From Vibrio cholerae ATCC 14035 (GTDB lineage: Bacteria > Pseudomonadota > Gammaproteobacteria > Enterobacterales > Vibrionaceae), in contig NZ_JHXR01000019.1 in the NCBI RefSeq assembly GCF_000621645.1, positions 44,393 through 76,392 of the forward strand: DNA of 32,000 bases, given 5' to 3'. Within the stretch, counting starts at the first letter, position 1, and the number at the start of each line of letters is the position of its first letter. A program made the translations under genes and the position numbers. Under the pieces are notes generated by a model that was not told the DNA's origin, did not search any database, and worked only from the letters and a program-made list of their open reading frames with translations. Positions 21,257 to 31,686 of the stretch are shown here, piece after piece.

Positions 21257-22618
21257 ATGAAATTCAGTACGGTAATTCTCGCGGCAGGGAAAGGAACTCG
21301 TATGCACTCCAATATGCCGAAGGTGCTGCATACATTGGCGGGTAAGCCTATGGTCAAACACGTCATTGATACGTGTAATAACCTAGGCGCGCAAAATATC
21401 CATCTGGTTTATGGCCATGGTGGCGACCAGATGCAGCAAGCTCTGGTGAACGAAAGCGTCAACTGGGTTTTGCAAGCGCAGCAACTGGGAACAGGGCACG
21501 CCGTAGATCAGGCCTCTCCCCATTTCCAAGATGATGAAAAAATCTTGGTGTTGTACGGGGATGTACCGCTGATTTCTGAAGACACTATTGAAAGTTTACT
21601 TGAAGCACAGCCCACCGATGGCATTGCACTACTGACTGTTGTTTTGGAAGACCCTACAGGTTACGGCCGTATCGTACGTAAACGTGGCCCTGTGGTGGCG
21701 ATCGTTGAGCAGAAAGATGCCAGCGAAGAGCAAAAGCTGATCAAAGAAGTCAACACTGGGGTGCTGGTGGCGACTGGTCGTGACCTTAAGCGTTGGTTGG
21801 CAGGGCTAAACAACAATAACGCGCAAGGCGAATACTACCTGACTGACGTGATTGCGGCAGCGCATGATGAAGGCCGTGCCGTCGAAGCGGTACATCCTTC
21901 ACACTCAATCGAAGTGGAAGGGGTAAACGATCGCATTCAATTGGCGCGTCTTGAGCGTGCTTTCCAAGCGCGTCAGGCCAAGAAGCTGCTTGAGCAAGGT
22001 GTGATGCTGCGCGATCCTGCACGTTTTGACCTGCGCGGAACACTGCAGTGCGGTTCGGATGTGGAAATCGATGTTAACGTGATTATTGAAGGCAATGTAT
22101 CGATCGGTAATAACGTAGTGATTGGCGCGGGCTCAATTCTCAAAGATTGTGAGATTGATGACAACACGGTGATCCGCCCATACAGCGTAATTGAAGGGGC
22201 GACGGTCGGTGAAAACTGTACAGTTGGGCCGTTTACTCGTCTACGTCCCGGAGCAGAGCTACGCGATGATGCGCATGTCGGCAACTTTGTGGAGATGAAA
22301 AATGCTCGTCTTGGTGAAGGTTCAAAAGCCAATCACCTGACTTATCTTGGCGATGCTGAGATTGGCAAAGGCGTGAATGTGGGCGCTGGGGTGATCACCT
22401 GTAACTACGACGGTGCCAATAAGCACAAAACCGTGATTGGCGATGATGTGTTTGTGGGTTCTGATTGCCAGCTCGTAGCGCCTGTAACCATTGGTAACGG
22501 TGCGACCATTGGTGCCGGTACAACCCTGACGAAGAATGTCGCTGAAGGTGAGTTAGTCATCACTCGTGCGCCAGAGCGCAAAATTGCTGGCTGGCAGCGT
22601 CCGGCGAAAAAGAAATAA
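21257..22618 (+). CDS. glmU: Bifunctional UDP-N-acetylglucosamine pyrophosphorylase / glucosamine-1-phosphate N-acetyltransferase
   Basis: N-terminal LAAGKGTRM nucleotidyltransferase motif and C-terminal left-handed beta-helix hexapeptide repeats, 453 aa. Confidence 0.96.
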   Translation: MKFSTVILAAGKGTRMHSNMPKVLHTLAGKPMVKHVIDTCNNLGAQNIHLVYGHGGDQMQQALVNESVNWVLQAQQLGTGHAVDQASPHFQDDEKILVLYGDVPLISEDTIESLLEAQPTDGIALLTVVLEDPTGYGRIVRKRGPVVAIVEQKDASEEQKLIKEVNTGVLVATGRDLKRWLAGLNNNNAQGEYYLTDVIAAAHDEGRAVEAVHPSHSIEVEGVNDRIQLARLERAFQARQAKKLLEQGVMLRDPARFDLRGTLQCGSDVEIDVNVIIEGNVSIGNNVVIGAGSILKDCEIDDNTVIRPYSVIEGATVGENCTVGPFTRLRPGAELRDDAHVGNFVEMKNARLGEGSKANHLTYLGDAEIGKGVNVGAGVITCNYDGANKHKTVIGDDVFVGSDCQLVAPVTIGNGATIGAGTTLTKNVAEGELVITRAPERKIAGWQRPAKKK

Positions 22619-22630
22619 TTGAACCGATTG

Positions 22631-22659
22631 AAAAAAGAGCCGCATTCGCGGCTCTTTTT
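22631..22659. terminator. Bidirectional rho-independent terminator between convergent glmU and the MFS gene
   Basis: AAAAAAGAGCCGC-ATTC-GCGGCTCTTTTT has a GC-rich stem flanked by an A tract and a T tract, so it can terminate in both directions. Confidence 0.8.
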
Positions 22660-22677
22660 GTATTACTCAAGTACAGT

Positions 22678-23880
22678 TTATTCGTCACTGACCACGCGAG
22701 CATTGTCGGGGGTGGTGAACTGTTCACGTAACTGACGGTTAGAGAGTATGTAACCTATCCACAACCCGCCTGTACACAACACAATCGCAATGCCTGTCAC
22801 TGGCTGAGCTTGGCTGGCAAGCGCAGCCACTAGGGCGCTGGATAAACTGCTGACACTGATCTGTAAGCTGTTTTGTAATCCGGCAGCGGTTGCTGGGCTT
22901 TGCTTAGCACTGGATAAAGCACGGTTGACCACTATCGGATACATGGCACCATTGGCCACCGCAATCAAGCAGAATGGAGCCAAGATTGGCCAAATTGAGC
23001 TGAGCGTCCATTGTGAGGCGACAAAAATCATCGCCGCTGACAGGGTAAACAGCGCAATCAACTGTTTGAGCACCAGTTCATCACCGTATTTCTGAACCGC
23101 TTTCTTACCTAGGTAGCCACCCACCATAAATGCAATGGTTTGTGGAATAAAGCTCAGGCCAATGTCCCGTGCTTGATAACCAAGCTGCGCCATGATTTCC
23201 GGCATCCCGGTCAGGTAGGCAAAAAACGCCGCCGATGCACAAGCAAACATCATCACATTGCCGAGATAGGTTTTGCTTTTCAGTAAACCTTTAATATCTT
23301 GCGCGATAGAAGTGGTTTTTGGCTCAGCAATTTCATTGGTTTGTAAGCCCGTACTCACCACCAACACAATACCCATCAAGGTTAAAGTCAAAAAGATGCT
23401 GTGCCAGCCAAAGTAATCTGCCAGCAGTACACCCAGTTGCGGTGCTAGGGCTGGAGAGAGCGCTACCAGTGGCATGATGGTCGCAAACAGCTGTTGGCTG
23501 GCTGAGCTTGGGTAACGCTTGATCACCATCGCCTGCCAAATGACCGCAGGCGCGCACACCCCAATCGCTTGGATAAAACGCAGCAGTAGCAGTTGCCATA
23601 CCGTTGAGCTAAACGCGAGTCCGGCAGAGGCGAGGGTAAAAACGAGTAAGCCAGCAATCAGCGTATTACGATGGCCAAATTTGTCGGAAGCTAAGCCCCA
23701 CAGTAACTGGCCAAGCGCCATCCCCACTAAGAACACCGTCAGTGATAGAGCGATTTGTTCAGGGCCGGTCGCAAAAGCGGTTTCCATCATTTTAAACGCA
23801 GGCAGATACATGTCGGTGGCAATAAAACCGAGCATGGAGAGTGCCGAAAGGTAAACCAACTGGAAGAAAGATACTTTCAT
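22678..23880 (-). CDS. MFS transporter, Bcr/CflA-like drug-resistance subfamily
   Basis: A hydrophobic profile consistent with 12 TM segments, TDMYLPAF near TM1, and an MFS motif-A-like GLASDKFGHRNTLIAG. I prefer ATG 23880 (MKVSFFQL..., 400 aa). The track's GTG at 23907 has no Shine-Dalgarno sequence. Confidence 0.85.
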   Translation of the reverse strand: MKVSFFQLVYLSALSMLGFIATDMYLPAFKMMETAFATGPEQIALSLTVFLVGMALGQLLWGLASDKFGHRNTLIAGLLVFTLASAGLAFSSTVWQLLLLRFIQAIGVCAPAVIWQAMVIKRYPSSASQQLFATIMPLVALSPALAPQLGVLLADYFGWHSIFLTLTLMGIVLVVSTGLQTNEIAEPKTTSIAQDIKGLLKSKTYLGNVMMFACASAAFFAYLTGMPEIMAQLGYQARDIGLSFIPQTIAFMVGGYLGKKAVQKYGDELVLKQLIALFTLSAAMIFVASQWTLSSIWPILAPFCLIAVANGAMYPIVVNRALSSAKQSPATAAGLQNSLQISVSSLSSALVAALASQAQPVTGIAIVLCTGGLWIGYILSNRQLREQFTTPDNARVVSDE

Positions 23881-24038
23881 TTTTTCATGTCCATCAAAAT
23901 TATTCACACATGTTTTTTTCAGTATCCGTTGGCGCCAACCAGGATTTTTCTGTAGTTACATTCTAGTTTTGTCTTGTGATGAAGAGAAACGGCAAATTTT
24001 TCGGTTATCATGCAAAAAAATTGATAGGTAGGTGAGTG

Positions 24039-24944
24039 ATGTTTTCCAAATCCTCTTTGGAGATGTTGGATGCCGTAGCGCGTTTAGGCAGTTTTACTGC
24101 GGCAGCAGAGGTGCTGCACAAAGTGCCTTCGGCGATCAGCTACAGTGTGCGCCAAATAGAGAGTGAACTGGGTGTGGTGCTGTTTCGCCGTTTACCGCGT
24201 AAGGTCGAGCTAACCCCGGCTGGTGAGCTGTTTATGCTTGAGGCAAGGCAGTTACTGCGCCAGATGGAGGAGATCCGCGCGCAAACCAAACGTGCTGCGC
24301 ATGGTTGGCGTAAAACCTTGAAGGTGACACTCGATAACGTAGTCAAGCTGGATAAGATGAAGCCGATGGTGGAAGCCTTCTACCAAACCTTTGATTTCGC
24401 CGAGCTACAGATCAACATGGAAGTGTTCAACGGCTCGTGGGAAGCGATTGCACAAGGCCGCGCCGATATCGTGATTGGCGCAACCGCAGCAGTACCAGTG
24501 GGTGGCGATTTTGAAGTGCGCGATATGGGCATTCTTGACTGGGCATTTGTGATGTCACCCAATCACCCCTGCGTGCGCGAGCAGAATTTGAGTGAAGAGT
24601 TTATCAGTCAGTTTTTAGCCATCTGTTTGGATGATACCTCAAGCGTATTGCCCAAACGTCATACTGAACACTATCCTAAACAGCGCCGTTTGCTACTGCC
24701 AAACTGGTACAGCGCGATTGAAAGTTTAAAAAGTGGACTCGGGGTCGGCTATATGCCAAGGCATATGGCGCAGCCGCTACTGGCCAGCGGTCAGTTGGTA
24801 GAGAAAGTGTTGCCCGATGAAAAACTGCTTAGCCACTGCTGCCTAGTGTGGCGCAAAGACGATAATCATAAATTGATTGAGTGGATGGTGAATTATCTGG
24901 GCAGTAGCGATCAACTTTACAGTGATTGGCTACAAGCTAAATAA
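24039..24944 (+). CDS. LysR-family transcriptional regulator
   Basis: N-terminal winged HTH (LDAVARLGSFTAAAEVLHKVPSAISYSVRQIESELG) and a C-terminal substrate-binding domain. It is divergent from the MFS gene. The start is ATG 24039 or the adjacent GTG 24036. Confidence 0.9.
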   Translation: MFSKSSLEMLDAVARLGSFTAAAEVLHKVPSAISYSVRQIESELGVVLFRRLPRKVELTPAGELFMLEARQLLRQMEEIRAQTKRAAHGWRKTLKVTLDNVVKLDKMKPMVEAFYQTFDFAELQINMEVFNGSWEAIAQGRADIVIGATAAVPVGGDFEVRDMGILDWAFVMSPNHPCVREQNLSEEFISQFLAICLDDTSSVLPKRHTEHYPKQRRLLLPNWYSAIESLKSGLGVGYMPRHMAQPLLASGQLVEKVLPDEKLLSHCCLVWRKDDNHKLIEWMVNYLGSSDQLYSDWLQAK

Positions 24945-24953
24945 CCTAATAAC

Positions 24954-24976
24954 AAGAGCCAGCGTTGCTGGCTCTT
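24954..24976. terminator. Perfect 10-bp stem-loop between convergent LysR gene and fadA
   Basis: AAGAGCCAGC-GTT-GCTGGCTCTT. The minus-strand reading is followed by a T-rich stretch (TTGTTATTAGGTTATTT), while the plus strand lacks a T tract. Confidence 0.6.
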
Positions 24977-25010
24977 AAACGACGCTTCAGTGATAGACAA
25001 AACGGAAGGG

Positions 25011-26189
<1,179 letters not shown>

Positions 26190-26199
26190 CTAAACCGAT

Positions 26200-28371
26200 T
26201 TACAGGGCACTGGCTTGCTGAGCGCTGTAGAAAGATGTTCCTTGTTGCGCCATGTTCTTCAGCAGTTGCGGTACTTGATAGAGCGCGCCGAGGTCAGCGT
26301 ATTTTTCCGCCATAGCCACATAGTTGGCGATGCCTATGGTATCTAGGTAACGAAATACACCACCACGGAACGGAGGGAAGCCAAGACCGTACACCAACGC
26401 CATGTCAGCTTCTTGCGCGGAGGCGATGATCCCTTCTTCAAGACAGAGCACCACTTCATTAATCATCGGAATCATAGTGCGTTCGATAAGGGTTTGTGGG
26501 TCAAAGTTTTGTGGTGCGCCGCATACAGGCGCAAGAATGGCGAGCACGTCATCGCTGAAGGCTTTTTTCGGTTTGCCTTTTTTATCAACGGTGTACTGAT
26601 AGAAGCCGCTGCCATTTTTCTGGCCAAATTTTTTCGCTTCGTACAGGGCATCAATCGCTTCTCGGCCAGATTTGGCCATGCGAGTTGGGAAGCCTTCGGC
26701 CATCACTGCCTGAGCATGGTGTGCAGTATCAATGCCGACCACATCAAGCAAATACGCCGGGCCCATTGGCCAGCCGAATTGACGCTCCATCACTTTGTCG
26801 ATTTCGGTGAAGTTAGCACCATCACGCATCAGTAGGCTAAAGCCTGCAAAGTAAGGGAAGAGTACGCGGTTAACGAAGAATCCTGGGCAGTCATTGACCA
26901 CAATCGGTGATTTGCCCATTTTCGCCGCATAAGCCACCACTCGGTTGATGGTGTCTTCTGAGGTGTGTTCACCACGGATGATTTCCACCAAAGGCATGCG
27001 ATGCACAGGGTTAAAGAAGTGCATACCGCAGAAGTTCTGTGGGCGCTTGAGTGATTTGGCGAGCAGGTTAATGGGAATGGTCGAGGTGTTGGAGGTCAGA
27101 ATCGTTTCTGCATCGACCAATCCTTCCACTTCGCTCAGTACCGCGGCTTTGACTTTCGGATTTTCCACCACGGCTTCGACAATCACGTCCGCCTGATCAA
27201 TCCCTGCGTAATGCAGAGAAGGGGTGATGGAAGCCAGAATACCAGCCATTTTGAATCCATCGATCTTGCCGCGCTCTAACTGTTTGTTGAGGAGCTTGGC
27301 CGCTTCGGTCATGCCCAACTCTAAAGAGTGCGGTGCGATGTCTTTCATCAGCACAGGTACGCCTTTGAGAGCCGATTGATACGCGATGCCCCCACCCATA
27401 ATGCCCGCGCCGAGCACGGCGGCGTGTTGGGTGTCTTGGCTTGCCGCTTTCGCGGATTGTTTGGCTAAGCCTTTGATGTATTGATCATTGAGGAAAATAC
27501 CAACCAGTGCTTGCGCCTCGGTAGATTTTGCGAGCTTGATGAAGTGTTTGCGCTCGATATCCAGCGCAGCATCGCGTGGTAAACGCGCCGCTTCTTCAAT
27601 GGTCACGACAGATGTCATCGGTGCTGGATAGTGTTTGCCTGCCACTTGCGCCACCATGCCTTTTGCCATGGTAAAGCTCATCATGGCTTCCAGCTTGCTT
27701 AAAGTCAGCGCTGAGGTTTTCTGCTGACGGCGTTTTTGCCAATCCAGTTTTTCTTCAATCGCTTGAGTCAAAGTGGTGATTGCGGAATCGATCAGTTTGT
27801 CGCTATCGACAATCGCATCCAGTAATCCCACTTTTAAGGCTTCTTCCGCGCGGCACGCTTTACCTTGGGTGATGATTTCCATCGCGCTATCAGCACCAAT
27901 CAAACGTGGCAGACGCACGGTGCCGCCAAATCCCGGCATGATGCCCAGTTTGGTTTCAGGCAAGCCAATGCTGGTGGTGGCATCACCAATCCGAAAATCG
28001 GTGGCGAGTACACATTCACAGCCGCCGCCAAGTGTGTGGCCTTTTAACGCTGACAAGGTGGGGAAAGGTAAATCTTCCAACTTGTTAAAAATGCGATTGG
28101 CAAACTGCAACCACTCATCCAATTCTGCTTCCGGTTTGGCAAATAGCCCGAGAAATTCGGTGATATCAGCGCCGACGATAAAAGCCTCTTTATCTGAGCT
28201 GAGTAGGAGGCCTTTGACACTGGAATCGGCAGCGAGCGCATCTAACGCTTTATCGAGGGATTCCAGTGTGTGTAAATCCAGTTTGTTAACGGAAGCAGGA
28301 GCACAGAAAGAGAGCTCGGCAATTCCATTAGCGAGTTGCTTTACCTGTAGGGTTTTGGCTTGGTAAATCAT
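26200..28371 (-). CDS. fadB: Fatty-acid oxidation complex alpha subunit (enoyl-CoA hydratase / 3-hydroxyacyl-CoA dehydrogenase / epimerase)
   Basis: 723 aa with an N-terminal crotonase fold and a central NAD-binding [10 protein letters not shown] dehydrogenase domain. Confidence 0.96.
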   Translation of the reverse strand: MIYQAKTLQVKQLANGIAELSFCAPASVNKLDLHTLESLDKALDALAADSSVKGLLLSSDKEAFIVGADITEFLGLFAKPEAELDEWLQFANRIFNKLEDLPFPTLSALKGHTLGGGCECVLATDFRIGDATTSIGLPETKLGIMPGFGGTVRLPRLIGADSAMEIITQGKACRAEEALKVGLLDAIVDSDKLIDSAITTLTQAIEEKLDWQKRRQQKTSALTLSKLEAMMSFTMAKGMVAQVAGKHYPAPMTSVVTIEEAARLPRDAALDIERKHFIKLAKSTEAQALVGIFLNDQYIKGLAKQSAKAASQDTQHAAVLGAGIMGGGIAYQSALKGVPVLMKDIAPHSLELGMTEAAKLLNKQLERGKIDGFKMAGILASITPSLHYAGIDQADVIVEAVVENPKVKAAVLSEVEGLVDAETILTSNTSTIPINLLAKSLKRPQNFCGMHFFNPVHRMPLVEIIRGEHTSEDTINRVVAYAAKMGKSPIVVNDCPGFFVNRVLFPYFAGFSLLMRDGANFTEIDKVMERQFGWPMGPAYLLDVVGIDTAHHAQAVMAEGFPTRMAKSGREAIDALYEAKKFGQKNGSGFYQYTVDKKGKPKKAFSDDVLAILAPVCGAPQNFDPQTLIERTMIPMINEVVLCLEEGIIASAQEADMALVYGLGFPPFRGGVFRYLDTIGIANYVAMAEKYADLGALYQVPQLLKNMAQQGTSFYSAQQASAL

Positions 28372-28430
28372 TGTCTATCTCCGTGACATACAATCAGTGA
28401 TTGTGTGAGAGAGCGGTTGTCATTTTTATG

Positions 28431-28447
28431 TTCTGGTTTGACCAGTT
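28431..28447 (-). promoter_or_regulatory. Candidate FadR operator upstream of fadBA (AACTGGTCAAACCAGAA on the fadB strand)
   Basis: A 17-bp dyad with the CTGGT...ACCAG core of enterobacterial FadR sites; my recollection of the E. coli fadB site is ATCTGGTACGACCAGAT. It lies 60-76 nt upstream of the fadB ATG. Confidence 0.6.
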
Positions 28448-28581
28448 GCCTAAGTTTGAACCTGAGATTAGCTAATTTCAATACATTTTTTAAACAAGTG
28501 TTTAACATTGTGCGTTAAGTCGAGTCGAGCTTATGGTGAGGCCGTGTTACACTGGGCGCCTTTTTTATTGAGACCTGAGTT

Positions 28582-29214
28582 ATGAATCTTCATCCCTACC
28601 TCATTCCCATGGCTTCTGTTCGGTTTGAAGAAGAGATTAAAAAGAGTCTGTTTATTACCTATTTGGCACATACGCCAGATCTTGCCAGTGCCAAAGCGTT
28701 TGTTGATGAGATTAAGCAGCGTCATGCGGATGCGAGACACAACTGCTGGGCGTTTGTGGCTGGGCGACCTGAAAACTCCATGCTGTGGGGATTGAGTGAT
28801 GATGGTGAGCCATCCGGTACTGCGGGAAAACCCATCTTGGCTCAGCTCACGGGGTCTCATATCGGCGAAATTACGGCGGTAGTGACCCGTTATTATGGCG
28901 GTGTTCTATTGGGAACCGGTGGCTTAGTGAAAGCGTATGGTGGCGGTGTGCAACAAGCGCTCAAGCGACTTCAAACTATTGAGAAAAAAATCACCACATC
29001 TGTGCACCTGACGCTAGACTACGCCATGATTCCATTACTCCATTCCATAATGGCGCAATTTTCTGCGACGGAAATGGAGGCTCACTATAATGAACAAGTC
29101 GAAATGGTGGTGGAATTAGAGGCATTGCAATCAGATGCTTTCACACAAGCCTTGATCAATAAAAGTGGCGCGAAAATACAGGTGAGTCGCTCACCACAAC
29201 ATAGTCAGAATTAG
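28582..29214 (+). CDS. yigZ: IMPACT-family protein YigZ (UPF0029)
   Basis: The conserved block ARHNCWAF...DDGEPSGTAGKPIL...VVTRYYGGVLLGTGGLVKAYG is diagnostic for YigZ/IMPACT. 210 aa. Confidence 0.88.
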   Translation: MNLHPYLIPMASVRFEEEIKKSLFITYLAHTPDLASAKAFVDEIKQRHADARHNCWAFVAGRPENSMLWGLSDDGEPSGTAGKPILAQLTGSHIGEITAVVTRYYGGVLLGTGGLVKAYGGGVQQALKRLQTIEKKITTSVHLTLDYAMIPLLHSIMAQFSATEMEAHYNEQVEMVVELEALQSDAFTQALINKSGAKIQVSRSPQHSQN

Positions 29215-29233
29215 CGAGTCAGCTCAAACCATA

Positions 29234-30691
29234 ATGCAATTTCGTTCAATTATCCGTATTGTCGGGCTTTTGCTCGCTCTATTTAGCGTTTCTATGCTTG
29301 CGCCTGCGTTGGTGGCTTTGATCTACCGCGATGGGGCAGGTGTGCCGTTTGTCTCAACCTTTTTTGTATTACTGCTGTGTGGCGGCTTATTCTGGTTTCC
29401 GAACCGCCATCATAAACATGAACTCAAGGCACGGGATGGTTTTTTAATCGTCGTATTGTTCTGGACAGTAATCGGCAGCGCTGGCGCATTACCTTTTTTG
29501 CTCGCAGCCGATCCCAACATTTCAGTCACCGATGCGTTTTTCGAATCCTTTTCGGCGTTAACGACCACGGGGGCGACCGTGATTGTTGGCTTAGACGAAC
29601 TCCCCAAAGCCATCCTTTTCTATCGCCAATTTTTGCAATGGTTTGGTGGAATGGGGATCATCGTACTCGCCGTCGCGATTTTACCTGTACTTGGCATCGG
29701 TGGGATGCAGCTTTATCGAGCGGAAATTCCCGGACCAGTCAAAGATACCAAAGTGACTCCAAGGATTGCAGAAACCGCCAAAGCGCTTTGGTATATCTAT
29801 TTAAGCTTAACCATCGCTTGCGCCAGCGCTTTCTGGTTAGCGGGAATGAGTTTATTTGATGCGATTTGCCATAGCTTCTCGACCATCGCCATCGGCGGTT
29901 TCTCAACTCACGATGCCAGTATGGGGTATTTCGACAGTTATGCGATAAACCTCATCACCGTCGTTTTCTTACTGATCTCATCATGTAACTTCACTTTGCA
30001 TTATGCTGCTTTCGCAACGGGCGGTGTACACCCTAAGTACTATTGGCGCGATCCTGAGTTTCGTGCATTTTTCGTCATCCAAGTTCTGCTGTTTGTGATC
30101 TGCTTTTCTGTGTTACTGAAACACCACTCTTACGACAGCTTTTATCAAGCCTTTGACCAAGCGCTGTTCCAAACCGTATCCATCTCAACCACAGCGGGTT
30201 TTACCACCACAGGTTTTTCGGACTGGCCACTCTTTTTACCTGTGTTATTGCTCTTCTCCTCTTTTATAGGAGGATGCGCAGGCTCAACGGGTGGCGGCAT
30301 GAAAGTGATCCGTGTGTTGCTACTGACCCTACAAGGGGCTCGGGAAATGAAGCGCTTAGTTCACCCTCGCGCCATCTACCCGATCAAACTTGGCGGCAGA
30401 GCACTCTCACAGCGCGTCGTGGATGCGGTATGGGGCTTCTTCTCTGCTTATGCATTGGTGTTTGTCGTGTGTATGCTTGCACTCATCGCCACGGGAATGG
30501 ATGAGCTGAGCGCATTTTCTGCTGTCGCCGCCACACTGAATAACTTGGGGCCTGGCCTTGGGGAAGTTGCCGTACACTTTGCGGATGTGAATGACAAAGC
30601 TAAGTGGATTTTGATTGCGTCCATGCTGTTTGGACGCTTAGAAATATTTACTCTATTGATTCTGCTTACGCCGACATTCTGGCGTAGTTAG
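29234..30691 (+). CDS. trkH: Trk system potassium uptake protein TrkH
   Basis: 485 aa and polytopic, collinear with TrkH (LVALIYRDGAG, TTTGAT, MQLYRAEIPGP, GGCAGSTGGGMKVIR). Confidence 0.95.
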   Translation: MQFRSIIRIVGLLLALFSVSMLAPALVALIYRDGAGVPFVSTFFVLLLCGGLFWFPNRHHKHELKARDGFLIVVLFWTVIGSAGALPFLLAADPNISVTDAFFESFSALTTTGATVIVGLDELPKAILFYRQFLQWFGGMGIIVLAVAILPVLGIGGMQLYRAEIPGPVKDTKVTPRIAETAKALWYIYLSLTIACASAFWLAGMSLFDAICHSFSTIAIGGFSTHDASMGYFDSYAINLITVVFLLISSCNFTLHYAAFATGGVHPKYYWRDPEFRAFFVIQVLLFVICFSVLLKHHSYDSFYQAFDQALFQTVSISTTAGFTTTGFSDWPLFLPVLLLFSSFIGGCAGSTGGGMKVIRVLLLTLQGAREMKRLVHPRAIYPIKLGGRALSQRVVDAVWGFFSAYALVFVVCMLALIATGMDELSAFSAVAATLNNLGPGLGEVAVHFADVNDKAKWILIASMLFGRLEIFTLLILLTPTFWRS

Positions 30692-30713
30692 TGATAATAC
30701 TAAGGAGAGAGCT

Positions 30714-31238
30714 GTGAAAGCGTTACTGTTGTACTCAAGCCAAGAAGGCCAAACGCGGAAAATTATCGAACGTATCGCTCAGCAGATGCCGGAGTACGAT
30801 TGCGACATCCAAGATCTGCATCAGGTCCATGAGATAGCGTTGGCGGATTATGAAAAAATCTTGATTGGTGCATCGATTCGTTACGGCCGCCTCAATGAAA
30901 AGCTCTATCAATTTATTCAACGTCATGTCACGACGCTGACCAATAGCAAAGCCGCTTTCTTCTGCGTCAATCTCACCGCGAGAAAAGAAGATCAAGGAAA
31001 AGATACGCCAGAAGGGAGTGTCTATATTCAAACCTTCCTGAAAAAGTCACCGTGGCAACCAGAGCGTATTGCCGTATTTGCTGGGGCACTGTATTACCCG
31101 CGTTACCGTTGGTTCGACAAAATGATGATACGTTTGATCATGACCTTGACGGGGGGAGAAACGGATACCAGTAAAGAAGTGGAGTACACCAATTGGGAAA
31201 AAGTCTCTCAATTTGGTGAACAATTCCGCAATTGGTAG
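30714..31238 (+). CDS. hemG: Menaquinone-dependent protoporphyrinogen IX dehydrogenase HemG
   Basis: A 174-aa long-chain flavodoxin-like protein with the HemG-specific insert (GALYYPRYRWFDKMMIRLIM..GGETDTSKEVEYTNW). GTG start, directly after trkH as in E. coli. Confidence 0.9.
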   Translation: MKALLLYSSQEGQTRKIIERIAQQMPEYDCDIQDLHQVHEIALADYEKILIGASIRYGRLNEKLYQFIQRHVTTLTNSKAAFFCVNLTARKEDQGKDTPEGSVYIQTFLKKSPWQPERIAVFAGALYYPRYRWFDKMMIRLIMTLTGGETDTSKEVEYTNWEKVSQFGEQFRNW

Positions 31239-31287
31239 AGAAAACCATCACTTTCAGGCCTTGGTGACTCTTTTTTCATCGAACAGT

Positions 31288-31346
31288 GAAAAACAGCGAA
31301 AAAAAACCAAAAAAACACTTGTCAGTGTGAAGCAGATCTCTATAAT
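31288..31346 (+). promoter_or_regulatory. rrn P1 promoter with A-rich UP element (TTGTCA-16 nt-TATAAT, GC-rich discriminator GCGCC)
   Basis: A-tract UP-like region at 31288..31317, -35 TTGTCA at 31319..31324 and -10 TATAAT at 31341..31346, followed by GCGCCCTC. The hexamers, spacing and discriminator are the same as I recall for E. coli rrnB P1. Confidence 0.75.
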
Positions 31347-31446
31347 GCGCCCTCACTGACACGGCAGACGCAGTAAGCGTTAGTAGTGATTCAGTTCGGT
31401 GTTTTAGGTGGCGAAATCGCCAACGAAAATAAACTGAAAAAAGTGT

Positions 31447-31474
31447 TTAACACAACAGTTTATCTCGCTAAAAT
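31447..31474 (+). promoter_or_regulatory. Candidate rrn P2 promoter (TTAACA-16 nt-TAAAAT)
   Basis: Hexamers at 31447..31452 and 31469..31474, ~125 bp downstream of P1, followed by the GC-rich GGCCGCC. Confidence 0.5.
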
Positions 31475-31508
31475 GGCCGCCTCTTCTGAAGCAGACCGCC
31501 AAGAAGAG

Positions 31509-31521
31509 CGCTCTTTAACAA
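31509..31521 (+). promoter_or_regulatory. rrn leader boxA antitermination element (CGCTCTTTAACAA)
   Basis: 12 of 13 positions match the E. coli boxA TGCTCTTTAACAA. It lies in the leader between the promoters and 16S. Confidence 0.75.
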
Positions 31522-31686
31522 TATAAACCAATCAATCTGTGTGGGCACTCGTTGATGATAATCAAAAAAGAATTATCAATGAACTGAGTGACCATTTGAA
31601 TGAGCAATCATTCAGCACAGTCAATTCACTATCGAAAGATAGTATCAGTATTCATTGAGCCGAAGCGAAAGCTTCACAAAACTTTT

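Noticed and set aside
23900-23908. An exact DnaA-box consensus TTATTCACA at the 5' end of the MFS gene, and a one-mismatch box TTATCCACC at 5565..5573 inside yidD.
   Set aside because: A motif with 8 fixed bases is expected about once per 32 kb on two strands by chance. Both are isolated, with no clustering, no GATC enrichment and no link to replication genes.
27773-28366. A 197-aa ORF on the + strand, with similar long antisense or alternate-frame ORFs at 26413..26835, 7869..8357, 10627..11082, 4220..4624, 21973..22332, 1346..1690 and 14..211.
   Set aside because: All lie entirely inside strongly supported conserved genes (fadB, mnmE, mnmG, the ABC ATPase, glmU, dnaA, dnaN). Their translations are low-complexity, Arg/Ser/Ala-rich and without recognisable motifs, typical of shadow ORFs opposite coding sequence.
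28496-28507. A 12-nt exact repeat AAGTGTTTAACA, present upstream of yigZ (28496..28507) and again at the rrn P2 region (31441..31452).
   Set aside because: With about 5e8 position pairs in 32 kb and 4^12 possible 12-mers, tens of identical 12-mer pairs are expected by chance. The match does not extend further.
31243-31276. A possible terminator after hemG (TCACT...GGTGA followed by TTTTTT).
   Set aside because: The stem is only ~5 bp including a G.U pair, with a 10-nt loop. The T tract may simply be part of the AT-rich rrn upstream region. This is too weak to call.
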